Source: Styela clava (taxonomy: Eukaryota). Taken from it: a DNA stretch of 64,000 nt. The position numbers and the translations under genes are program-made. The first letter of the stretch is position 1, and each line of letters starts with the position of its first letter. The stretch lies in contig NC_135252.1 in the NCBI RefSeq assembly GCF_964204865.1, positions 1,550,001 to 1,614,000 of the forward strand, given 5' to 3'. This document shows, in pieces, positions 39,101 to 51,700 of the stretch. The notes beneath the pieces are model-generated. The model did not search any database. It saw only the letters and a list, made by a program, of their open reading frames with translations, and was not told the DNA's origin.

Positions 39101-42100
39101 TCATACTTTACAATTCGATTTTTTCAATTTGTTGTTTTAATTCAGAGTTTTATAATAGTCAGTTAACCTCATACCATCCTTATTTTTAACTCTTGCGTTT
39201 TACAAAATAACTTACAAATAATTATGCTGTGTTCTTATTTTGTCTTGTTTTCATTTATATGAAAAACTTGACATTAATTTTAAACATTGACGATACTTAC
39301 ATAATAGCGTTAATTTTTATTATTATGTGTAATATGACGGATTGTCATCCGTCTTTGAATCGAGTGTTTAATTTTGCATCAATTATGCTATCACTGAATA
39401 CTAATTGAGATATGCATTTCAGTTTAAATGTGACCCAAAAAAGGAGGGTCATGGATTTTTAGAAAAAAAAAATGATTTAGCCTACACTAATCTGGGTTGT
39501 AAATCTAACGTTCTAACGAAAGATTATCTTACTGTCTTCCAAGCGTAATTTGTTTATAAACTATTTGCAAATTTTGAGGAGTACAAATTGAAAAGCGCTG
39601 TCCCAAGTAGACTGAGTTTCGCAAATAGATTCATTCTAAGCTGAAAAGTTGCTAGAACTAAACATGTGCATCGAAACATCGAAAATGCCGTGTTCCGCTT
39701 GTCCCACAGTCGTTCCACGTTCTCCTATTCTTCGATTTTCTAAATCGTCGTTGTTGTTTTGGTATTGTTGGAATCCTTGGCTTTCCTTCGCAACTGCCGG
39801 ACCTTTCAATTTCAAACTAATTTTCAATACTTGAAAGCGAAAGAAGTCACTGGAAGGCGATACTTTTACCGTTTTCGGAGGATTACGGGGTCAGATATTT
39901 CACCAAAATATTGCTGTTTTATTTTAATTCGCGAGAGAACTTGTTGGTTTATGCCTTGTTTGTTTATGCTCTGTGTTGTCCATATGTTCGAGCACGGCTT
40001 TCTAAATGCGGTTTATTAAAATACCAAGAGCTTATTTCCACTGATATTTATCGCTGAAATGTTACTATGTTTTTTGCTCAGTGTCTTGCATTGAAATATT
40101 AAATATTGATGACATTAATTGAAATGGATACAATTCTGATATTTATTGTAACATAGTTTTTTGAAATCTCTTTCCACAGAGATGATCGTTCTTCGTCTTT
40201 TTAAATATAGAACTCTAGATTTTTATATAATAAACAATAATACACATGAAATTATTTTATACTTTAGTTCCACTACAGAAACTATTATTGCTCTCGATCG
40301 AAAACTTGTGTGATTGGTGCTGACGATGGAGTTGAAAAGTGCTATTGTGAAGAGCGCGGATCAGGGACTCACTGCATTATGTCATCTGGTATCCCGTATT
40401 TTATAAAACATAGCATTAGGATGGATTAAGCTAAGTCACATTTTATTCTTCAAGCCGAATAAATATACTTGTTTAATTTGAAGTTGACCAAACAGTTTGA
40501 CTTCTTTTTACGTAGAGCCTAAAAAAACATAATCTTTACCAAATCATCAATTTGTCTTTATTTCACAAGTTTCAAAGCACTGGGTAGTGGGTATTATAAC
40601 ATATCGCGCATATAATTTTTTTTTAATGATTTTTAAAAGCATTGCAGTGACACAACAGAATTGACTCTACTCATACAGTTCTCGAAAAAAAATAGTTGAT
40701 GTTAACTCAACGCATAATCGTACATATCTGTAATCTGCTTTTTTAAAACAATGTTTGCGTGCAGCCTACAGAGGTTAGCCATGTAACTGAAACTATTTCA
40801 TTTTGATTACTTTCTTTATGTCACCCAGAATTCCATCATGATTATAGCGATTCAATTATATGGACGTTCATTACCGTGATAGAAGTATTATACTTCTGGA
40901 TATATATTTTTTTTAGATGTTACGAACGAATGCCTAGAACCGAATATTTGTAATGGCCGTGGTACCTGCTACGACCTAACGTACAAATATTCCTGCGACT
41001 GTCATAGTTATGCATCTGGGACTAACTGCGAATTTTTTAACGAATGTGATACCTCTAACGTGAGTTTTTTCGAATTTTTCATATTTAACCCTGCTAAAAC
41101 GCTTAACTAGCATTCGTTCCTTTGCATCCTTGCCGTTATTGCCTATGTTTTACAACATACCGGTGCTCATGAAAAATTATAATTTTTTCTTTCCATACAA
41201 AAAAAATAAAGTAATAATTTTTATAATTTTATGGATATATTTTAGACTTATATTTGTTATGTTATATGTTATATTCAGGAGCAAATACCTGTTTATTGTA
41301 AATTGTAAATTTTACGTATAATCGTATAGTTTCTCATTGTTTATACAGCTTTGTCATCGATATGGAGGGACATGCGTTGATTTAGTACAGGGGTACAAGT
41401 GTACCGACTGTCCAAGGGGTCAGACTGGCGACAAATGTCAATATATGAAAAGTAGGTATTACGGCACTTTAAACATATGGATAGGCAGTATACAGAGTAT
41501 TTATTCTTCTCGCATACATCAATATGTGGTCAGTTTTAGTTTATGATATAGGAATTTAAAATTTGATTGCCCATCTATGCGTATGGTTTTGACATACCAT
41601 TCTCAATTAGACGCCCTAATCATGAAATTGTGAGATAATAATATGGGGTCGAATATGTAGAACGCACCAATAAAATTTGGTATGCTAAACCAACTTTTAT
41701 TGAGCCTATTTCTAGTTTTTGGGTAAAACGTCTTTAGTTTTGCTGCTATTATGAATGAATAAGCTTATATAATATATTTATCCCTTTTTTTCATTTAAAT
41801 TTGATTCAGTTATTACTAAAAGAAAATTTTCTATCAATGTTTGCTTGCATAGATCCGTGCAAAGTTACATGTGGGCAATCCTCTATGGACTTTAAATGTT
41901 ACATGAAATTTTTGAATTCTAAACTCCAAAAGATACCGATTTATCTAAATTTACAAACCGAAAATTGTGAATTCAAATCTCGATACGGCTATTCGTCTGA
42001 CGTGGTAACAAAATCTATTACATACAATGAGTGTGGAACCAAAATAGCGGTAAGAAGTTTTTGATTGACTGACTAAAGTAAGAATCTTTTCGTCAGCAAA

Positions 42101-45100
42101 TCCCAATATATGTTTTACAGCATGATGGAGACACAATTATTTATAGTAATTCTTTGCGAGCCGGCATTTTTGGAAATAAGGAAGAAGAGAATGATGTAAT
42201 TACCAGATTGGTAGGAAATTTTCGAGTAAGTTGACTGACATACATTAATTTATTGAACTGGTTTTGAAAATTTTAAATATAAAACAAGAGAAAGTGAACA
42301 TTACCGCTTCAAAATGTCAAAGTAGCGTACATGAATAAAAAAAACACGTGATTTAGATTCTATGAGAAGGGCTGTGCAAGTTTTACTTGAGTTCAAACAT
42401 GTTATAAAACATTGCATCAAGATTCAGTATGCACGATTCTTTTACATCAAGAGTTGAGGCCTGAATAGTTTACTCATTTATATCATTTCCAATCACCAAA
42501 TGTAGAATATAAATATATATAAACCAGTGGACCTATAATATAAATATGGTAAACTTCAATATTGTCTCATTGATTTCAATTAACAAAATCTATAAATCAT
42601 TAAAAATGAAATACTGTGCATTCGTGTTTTTCCTACAAGTACATTCATGCACAAGAATATTTGTATTAATTAACATAACAAATCATATATTCAAGTTTGA
42701 CATGGAATGCAGAATTCCGATAGTTTACAACGATACTTCAGCCATGATAAAAGATTATTCACTTGAAAGAAACGAATCAATTCATCTTCACGACGAACGA
42801 AAAGTAACTTTGTCAACGCTCGTTGCTTTTAAAAAGTATAAAAATGCTACTATTTGCTTTCGTTTATTACCTAGTGCTACTTTTTTACTCAATCATGTGA
42901 CTATTCACAAAATTTGTAATTTTCACTTGTAACAATAACGAAGTCAAATTGAGTCAAGTGCAATAGTTAATAAAATTTATGCAATATATTGTAGAATTTT
43001 TCTTGTGATTTGGAAAACTAGAAAAATTTGGAAACATTAGTTTCAACGAGCTGCTAAATTTGAAGTAATTGATAATATATTTTTATGTATTTCAATTACT
43101 GCAGTTAAACAACATATATATACTGTTTATTTTTTAGCCGTGATTGGAACTCGATCACAAAATATAATGTGGGAGACCGGCTCTATGTGGAAGTGAGTCT
43201 CTATATACTTAAATATAACAAACCCACGAACAGATACCCGAAATTTATACTTTGTTATATTAATAGAGTTTGGTCAAAAACGCAATATTTTGCAATTCGA
43301 TGGGCTCCGCCTACAATTTTCATGAGAGTATTAGATTTAAGAATACTTAAACTACATTGTGCATGATGGGGCCTACACTGATTACGATATCCTGATATTT
43401 GAATGTCGCTGCTGACGGATCGGTGCTAAACTTTGGTTATAGTGAAATTTTACTGTATAGCATTATCCAACATACAACTAAACTGTGAGATGCCGGAGAT
43501 TACTCAACATTTGAAAATGAGTTTTACTGAAAAAGAATTAGAGAGCTTAGAGAGAATTTTTGATATACAGTATAATTATTTGGCACGCTCCACTATATAT
43601 TCATTTTGTTTGTTCGTTTTTACATCATAGCTTGTCCTGCAAACGTCAAACCCAATTTTGTCACAAAATGGTGTTTTAAAACCAACCACGTGTTATGCGA
43701 CTCCTGCGAATGCGAACCTCGTTACGTCCTGCTAGAAAATGGGTGAGAATAAATTAAATTTTTCGAAATTAGAATAACTGAAATAAAATGTGGAAATAAT
43801 AAACAATTGTGGAGTTTTTAATAGCACATATTGAAGTGAAATCAAATATTTTAAAAAAATTACTAATTGAAAATTGTAATTTTCTTAATACATTTTAACG
43901 ATTGTTTGTTTTTGTATATAGATGTATAAGAGATAAAACATTCAGATATGAACAAAGGAACTCAAGAAGATCAGAAAACAATCGATTTGCTTATTTCAGT
44001 TTTGATTCATTTTCTTTCAAAGGAGAACGTGGTAAGGTACGATAGAACAGTTTCAATTTTGAATAATAGCAATCAGTAAAAATGTAAAAAAAAGGGTTAA
44101 AACACATGTGCGGATGTGCCAAGTTGCATTTAGAATATTTACTTGATGTAATACAATATACCACCAACAAAACTACTGTATTCTTGTTTGTTTACATGAC
44201 CGAAAGACAAATACATTGTATATAACCGGGAACTAAATATAAGTTAGTTCCTGATGTATTGCATGTGTTAGGTACAAATAGTGGTATATCCTAGCAAAAT
44301 CTGTTGCATAACACGGCGCCACAATATTATTGTTTTTTGAAAAACCTTGTTTATTGATTGATATTATGTTTAATGCAGCTTTACCTGCACTGTAATGCTC
44401 GGCTTTGCATTAACCGAACGAGTGGAGGGGAAGATTTCAGTTTTGAAGAATGCATGAATATATGCTCCGAGCAAAAGGTTTTTAGAACATTTTATTCAAT
44501 ACTTTTTTCTTTAGATAATTACTGTTACGTTATTTATTTATTATAATATAGTCAGCGATGGCACAGTGGTACGAACGATGAACTTACCACGCTTGCATCC
44601 CTTGTTCGACAAGTTTTTCACAACCTAAAGCAATTTTGCGATATGATGCGTGTGTCATCGAATATTGAAATTCCGGGTTCTAACTTCGTTTTCATACTTG
44701 TATCGAGAATGTACAATATTGGATAAGCAATGCCGAACAGGAAAGTAGTAGTAGCTCTTGTCATGCAGTAGCTTGTTGTACAGACCCGTGTTTGGGGAGA
44801 ATTATAGGTAAAATCTCTTCAAAATAATGAATAAAATGGGTCGGCAATGCTAAGCCAAAAGGATTACCGGACTCTCTAAAAACAGTAGGTTCGTACGTCA
44901 TAAATTCTCTCATCTAGAGTTGTAATAGCAGTGAACGCCACATAAACACGGTCGTTAATATAATATGTAAGTAGGGTGGGGTAAGTCGGACCCCTGGAAT
45001 ATGATGGACAGGCAAAATCAAATCCTTCTGATAGTGACACCCCGCGTTTTTTCGTCGCCCAAAACGCATGGCGTGAAAGAGCGACATCATGCGAATAACG

Positions 45101-46264
45101 ACAGAACCAAGATTTTACATTTCAATATCGGCAGCTTACAAGGCGGGGCTTTTTGGGTGAGGGGTGTTTCTGCTGGGACAGAAAAACGTGAACTGCGAAC
45201 TCGGATTTATTTTGTTTATTTACTGAAATTAGATACATAAGATTGAATAAATTCTTTGGTAGACTGCCAGTGCTCATTTTTGGGTAGGCAGGATCACTTA
45301 AGAGGTAGGGTGGATTTTGAGTGGGGGGGGGGGGGGGAGGGGGAGGGGACATTTTTCAAAATAGTCTGTTGGGAATGTCAATGGGCCTTTGTCATCGAGA
45401 CTTGTTGATAAGTATTTCTTGGTACTAAGTACTCTTTTACAACACGGATTAAAAGCACTCTCATCGCCATATTTATACTGGGTCTTCTAGAAGTTGGGTC
45501 CGGCCTAAAATCTCATCTTACCCCATCCAATTTTCCCCACAGTTTAAAATACCTCCAAGGTTATTCCAAGAAAATACAAAATAAATACTTCTAGAGGTTT
45601 GTATAAAGAAGACATAAAAAGTGCAAAAAATTTGTTGTTTTTTCTAAAGCTGTTCGAACACTTTTGAAAATTGCCATGTATTGTCCTTTACGTGGAAAAG
45701 ACGGACACACTGGTTAATACGCAGGAAAAATGCTCTGTTTAAACAAAATGTTAAGATCTAGGCGTTGACCAAAATCTTATGAGACATCATCAAGTTTGTT
45801 TTGATGTATGTCCGTCTTGCCCACAAAATGTTCAACTTACCCCGATATTTTTTAGGTGAAAATCGCGCGTAAATTCCGATTCGTTGCTATGGCAACAATG
45901 TGCAAATGTGGCAAGATAGCTGGAGGGCGGGTGCATAAATCACAAGTAGAACGAATGCATCTGCGGTATTTTGTAAAGAGTTATTCAAAATAATTTATTA
46001 GTGGGTCCGACTTCCCCCGACCTACTATAATTGTTGTTGGAAGCCATCTACGATCTGATAAAGATAGAAATAAAAGTTATACTAATATACTTTTAGAAGG
46101 GAGTTGGAGAGGAACTAGTCACGACTGCTTCATCTAGCGCAACTTCATCAACAACAGATGGTGGTGTATTAGCGAGAATGAAACGATTTATTTCAGAAAC
46201 AGATGATGATCGAGAACTAATCGATCGCCACACTGGAAATACTGTGTATATCTATGATGTATGA
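36117..46264 (+). CDS. Secreted signal-Ig-6xEGF-ZP domain protein, copy 2 (18 exons; frameshift in ZP-C, possibly a pseudogene or truncated product)
   Basis: Exons ~36117-36189, 36397-36427, 36567-36680, 36854-37047, 37140-37203, 37791-37924, 38810-38970, 40268-40388, 40917-41059, 41349-41451, 41853-42049, 42121-42225, 42696-42835, 43138-43192, 43631-43742, 43922-44036, 44379-44477, 46097-46264. Ig motif (LKLEC...W...DTANYSC), six 6-Cys EGFs, ZP motifs (YNECGT, IIYSNSL, GDRLYVE, CYATP, LLENGC, FSFDSFSF, LYLHCNARLC) and an RMKR furin site. No TM helix. Confidence 0.85.
44551..44875 (+). mobile_element. Decayed tRNA-derived SINE-like element (duplicate at ~56962-57286)
   Basis: A-box-like tggcacagtggt and B-box-like ggttctaa inside an intron. 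No intact cloverleaf. Confidence 0.4.
44971..46025. mobile_element. TIR non-autonomous DNA transposon (pogo-like) in the last intron of copy 2
   Basis: gtagggtggggtaagtcggaccc ... gggtccgacttcccccgacctac inverted termini. TSD not clean. Confidence 0.75.
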
Positions 46265-46960
46265 TATGCGTATGGCGTACTGTAAATATAATATGACATT
46301 GAATTCAGTTCATCTTATATCATATACATATTTGTATAAAGCCAATCTACTGATCATAGCTCATCAAAAATGGACAACACGCTATTGAACATTTAGTTGC
46401 TTCCCTGGAGAGGGTAATTGTCTTAGTCTGTTTTGAAAGCATTTTACATGAATATTTCGATTTGTTTGTTATATGTTATATCCAATCCTGTTGCAGTTTC
46501 AATGTGAATGTGGAATATGTTCTAAAAAAATCTGGACTGTTTGTACTCTCTAACTATTTTAGTTTACCTAAGCTCGAAAGTGTCAGAAGAAGTTTGATCA
46601 CGGCGTAAGCCGATATTTGTCCCGTGACTGCACACTGCACTCCTACAAATAGCTGAAACGTTCATGCATGGAGTGTTACTGTCATATTGAGGCTAGTTGT
46701 CCTGTGTCTGCATTAAACCTTCAAGTCCTAGACCGTATTAAAAATGGTTATAAAATATTAGTGGCTTCCAATTGGAGACCAAATGAAATTCGTGAAAATA
46801 AGAAAAAGAAAATAGAAAGAGTGAAAATTCAAGTGTAGAGTCTATAAAAGATTAGGCCCATTATTATTTTGAAATTGGATATTGACGGCTATAATAATTT
46901 TTCCATTGAAATATACTTGCTCACACTGAATTACTCTATAGCTCGTGAGAGTGTCGACTT

Positions 46961-47363
46961 ATTGGACACTTCAGTGGACATACCGATCGTTTCAATATTA
47001 TGTTGTTGTTGTTTTCGTCATCATTATCATTGAAAATCACTTTTCTCTTCAAATACTGGACCAATTGCTTTGAAATTTTCAGTAGTTAAAGATTGATTTT
47101 TTTGCCAGAAGGCTATTACTTTCATTCATTCCTAAATTTTCTATGAGTCTTATGAGATCTAATATTTCATCCAAAATTGCGCTGTATTATTTTTTAATTA
47201 TGTAAACACGGTTTTTAATCCGCCAAGCGTGACGGCTGACTGTGAAAATTCTTGCGACTGAAAACTCGGAATTTTTTTTAGGGTACGGTACCGGTAACGT
47301 CAAAGGTAAGAACTGCTTCGCTCTGGCCCATGTGTCCAAATATTTGAGCGTTGCTCACTTGTA
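46961..47363 (+). mobile_element. HINE/DINE-1-like element (duplicate at ~59133-59535)
   Basis: Same family as 22445-22686: ttggacac...gtggacat, (TTG)n, shared core ctggaccaattgctttgaaatttt, 3' tgtgtcca plus hairpin gagcgttgctc then cttgt. Confidence 0.65.
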
Positions 47364-48741
47364 TTATTTCATTCTTCCTAAAATTTTCTAAACTTAGTAA
47401 TATTAGTTGAAGTTTTGATAAAACCACCCGCGCAAATGCCAGGCTCAGATCCTCAACAGCTTCCAACGCAATTGGTCCAGTAGTTCATGAGAAAATCGAT
47501 TTGTCATAGCAATACGAACAAAAACAAAATAATAACAAAACGATCCATATGTACACTTCGTGTCAAAAATAGATTCGTGGTTAAAATGACCATGGGTGCA
47601 AATTCCGTGTGTGCAAATATCCGTGGAATCAAATGTCCATGGTCCAAATATCTATGAGTAAAATCTGTATGCGGATGCTAAAATGTGTGAGTGCGAATGT
47701 ACGAGGGAAAATGGTCGTGAGTTGAATCTCCATTTGTGCCAAAATATACAAGTCCAAATGTCTGGGCGCAGTTTAGGGGTACAAATATACGTGGCTGTAT
47801 AGATAATTAAATCTGATCTTTCACAATGTTAGTTTTTAACGTAACTGCATGCATATTCTTTCGGCAATGTATCAAAACAATTTAGACCTGTTCTACCGCA
47901 ACCAATGCAAATTGGGTGTGGCTGGTCGATTAACTGCGACCTCTCAAGTCTCTCATAATTGACGAGAAGCAGAATTATTTAGGATGTGACCATTTAAAAT
48001 CATATTTAAATAAGATGTATTTGTTGGGCTGAGCAAGCCCCAAAATTGCCCATTGTAGTTAAGCCCAGAACAATAAACCATCCATTGCCACGTAAGGTCG
48101 CCAATTTTTCTTATTGAAGTTGGCCCGCACGCGGCATGCTCATTCTCTTCAGTGATGACGATTTGACATATTTGAAAAACTTTGGCGCGACCCTTTTACG
48201 ACCTCAATATTATGTCCCATATAAGAAAAAATTCATATTAACTTCAACTGCTTAAAGTCTTGCACGAATTGCCATTTACTGGCGGGTGATACACAACCAT
48301 ATAATTCTATGAAGTTGCAGTAGTTCTTGACATTACAATGATGGACTATTTCTTTACTAAAGGGTTCATTTTACCTTTGAGTGACCTTGCTTTGAGCAAA
48401 TGCACCAAAAAGCTATTTCTATATATGTCAAGTGCTTCCTTCCATTGGGTTCTTTGGTTGGGCCAATTTGGTGATTTGGATTGATTTGATTTTATCAAGA
48501 ACTTTTTCTCAATTACATAATATTGTTTGTGTTTTGTATGTAACGAAAAAAAAGTATCTCCACCGTTTTTCTACTTGTGAACGACATGAAAGCACGTTGC
48601 TGAAATCAGTATATATATATAATTTGGGATCTGTTTATTTGGATATATGGTATAAAGTTACGGCATTATCGAAATTTATTTTCTCTCAATTCTTCGACGT
48701 TGAATCACTCACGTTACATCATGGATTTTAGTTCATCAAAA

Positions 48742-51700
48742 ATGGGATACTTCTATTGCATTATATTTTTTGCCTTGGTATGTTTCGGAGAATCTTCTGT
48801 GTCATTAGAAGAAGGTGGGATATGAATATTTTTAAATGCTGTAATTGTTCAAGTCAAAAATAATTTGCACATGTAAAGAAACGTGATTGTTCTAGTCAGT
48901 AAGTTTGACATTCGCTCAAAATTTGAAGCAGCTACCCATACCCATGTATAGTTTTTGATTTTTCAAGATGTGTAAGTTGGTCGGTTCTGTAATAACTAAT
49001 ATAAGCTGATTCTTTATACCAGATTCAGAGATACCATATATGCATCAAGCGCGGTGAGTCATTTTCGTTTAATAACAAAAGTAATCAGTTGATTTGATTT
49101 TGCGCTTATATATTTCTCTTTGGGCGAACCTGGAATACTATATCAGGCTGCCCCAACGGCCTTATCGTTAGTCAATCCGAAAGGGATAAATAATAGGTAC
49201 AAGAGGATTCTGGACATCTTCGGGTTGCAAAGTTGCCGCGTAGCCAGCCGATGGTCGCCTATTTTTCTCAACACCATCCGATTGCACATGCAATTGTCCT
49301 TATCCGACATGGACTGGTAACCGAACTAAAAGTTGTGACGATTGAGCCGTCGTATTAAATTTTGTCTCCTGGCGATTTCCTATAATATATTATATCTCTA
49401 TAGTCTTATAAGAGAACTTTTTGCAAAACCGAATTAAATTAAATGTTTAAGTTTTAAAACAATCTACCTTTCAGGTTGCCGCATGATGATGGTATCACAC
49501 GTGACCAGGTGGTCCTTACTAAAGGAGAATCTTTAAAATTGGAGTGTGAATTTTATCCATCTGCTGGATCCTGGTCTTATATTCAATGGTAGCATTTTAC
49601 TTCCTTGGTGATGTTAAGCATTCACATCACCGTAAATATTCCTTAACAAATTAACACATTGTCTTAGAATCCTTAGCAGGCGGAACCTCGCTTAGCGCTA
49701 GATGATTCAACTTAATGAAACTCGTTAAATATTCATACTAATTAAAACAGGTTTATTGATAAATACAAATGATTAATAGCTTTGCTTGTTTTGCTATAAA
49801 AGTTTCGGGTTCGATCAGGATTAGTGTGCTTTAGAGGAACTATAACTCATGGTGCTTAAATGTGACCTATAACTTACACCGAAGAAACTTAATATACGTT
49901 TTTATCATTCATCCATATTTTCAGGATAAAACTTCATGAAGATGGACAACAATTTAAGCATTCAATTATTCCCGCTAACCATACATTTAACAATGGAAGC
50001 GCAGTGATATCTTCAATAGTTTTAGAGAGTGTGACTGGGAGCGATACAGCAAATTACAGCTGCATTTTAACAACTGCTCTAGTCACTTCATCTATGGAGT
50101 TTTTCGTGGCAGTAAAAGGCGAGTTATTTAGAAATTGTGATAACATATTTAATTCACAAGCCTAATGATGACATTGTACTAATTGAATATATTATGTTTT
50201 TTTCTAATCAGATAAAGAATTTTGCACCGAAGGTTTGTGCAAGCCTCATGGACGATGTATAGAACTGTTGCGAGGGTACAGTCATTGAATTCATAAATAT
50301 TGGCAAATTTGAAATTGGAATTCTTGGTATATTGTTTGAGCCGGCCGAATGAAAGATATTTATTAACTATTTAACCATTCTGGCTGTAGTACATAGTCAT
50401 ATGATATCTGTATCATATTGCATATTCGCGCGTAGACACTTCTTAAAAAATCATCTTACTTAGTATGCTTTGATTTTGCTGCGAAAATGTCAAATTCTAT
50501 TTGTTGAATTCAACGTAATTTTTCGTTATATCTAACCTATCCGACACCGCTATGTAACTGAGGAAAGACAAGCTGGTTTTGTGGCACTACAGTAGTAAAT
50601 GGTCGCAAAAGCGGCCATGTTTTCTATAGCCAGCCGTACCTCAGTGGCTGGAATTATAAGTATATAATCTCATAAATTGGTTCAATTCCGGAGATCAGTT
50701 ATGTAATGTGCGTTGGGCGTTTTTCAAGTTTCTATTATTTTACGATGTTATTATCATATAAATAAAAAACAACGGTAGTTATGCTGTTATACGTTGTTGA
50801 CCTGAGCTTTTTTTGGCGTTTTGATAGAAATCTAGATATCTATCAGAAAATAACAGTTTTGCAGATATAAATGCGAATGTGATGACGAATACACTGGGGA
50901 AGAATGTGGCATATTGGATACATGTTTTGATAGACCATGCCTAAATAATGGATCATGCATGATCACAGACTACGGATTCAACTGCTCTTGTTCAGAAGGT
51001 AGAATTTATCATTTCAATTTTTGGACCAATGTCATTGTTTGCAGTTTTCATAAAACGACTGTGAATTTTTGTTTTACAAATATTTCACCTCGAAATTAAC
51101 CCAGGTCACATTGACATATTTGTGCAACCTCAAGACGGCACAGCATATTTTAGAACTGATTTTTAAACAAACCCATATTATCAATAGCTTCAGATATTTA
51201 ATTTTTTTAAACACGATTTGACTGCACGTTTCCAAAATCATGAGGGGATCAAATCCACCAATCGCCTGCATTCAAATCGCAAACTTGTATTAAAAACTTG
51301 ATTAATAATGTGTGTGCTGCTTTTCTCTGTAAATTAGCGGTATTATGAGCAAGCCGTTTTGTTGCATGGTTTTTTGCTGATTTGCCCTCAAAGTTACAAT
51401 ACTTTTGAAAATCACAATGGATTGATTTAGATTATATTAGAGGTTATATATACGCTTTCAAATTTACAATATTTTTGAAAATCACAATAGATTGATTTAG
51501 ATTATATTAGAGGTTATATATACGCCTTCAAAGTTACAATATTTTTGAAAATCACAATAGATTGATTTAGATTATATTAGAGATTATATCTACGTATATT
51601 GAGGAAAGTAATGTTGTTTTATGTATTTATTTCATTAAAATTGTTATACGATTGATCGACTAATGCCTGATTGGAATTTAAAAAAGACTCTTGTTTCTGC

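Noticed and set aside
42995-43064. Candidate extra ZP exon with AG/GT ends
   Set aside because: It has in-frame stops in both copies and differs by an indel. Extending exon 13 to 42835 restores phase without it.
44551-44700. Possible tRNA gene
   Set aside because: No consistent cloverleaf or acceptor stem; better explained as a decayed SINE head.
45122-45352. Poly-proline ORF
   Set aside because: It is simply the translation of the G/C tract in a transposon.
51388-51594. CRISPR-like array
   Set aside because: Contiguous repeats without unique spacers, no cas genes, and a eukaryotic intron context.
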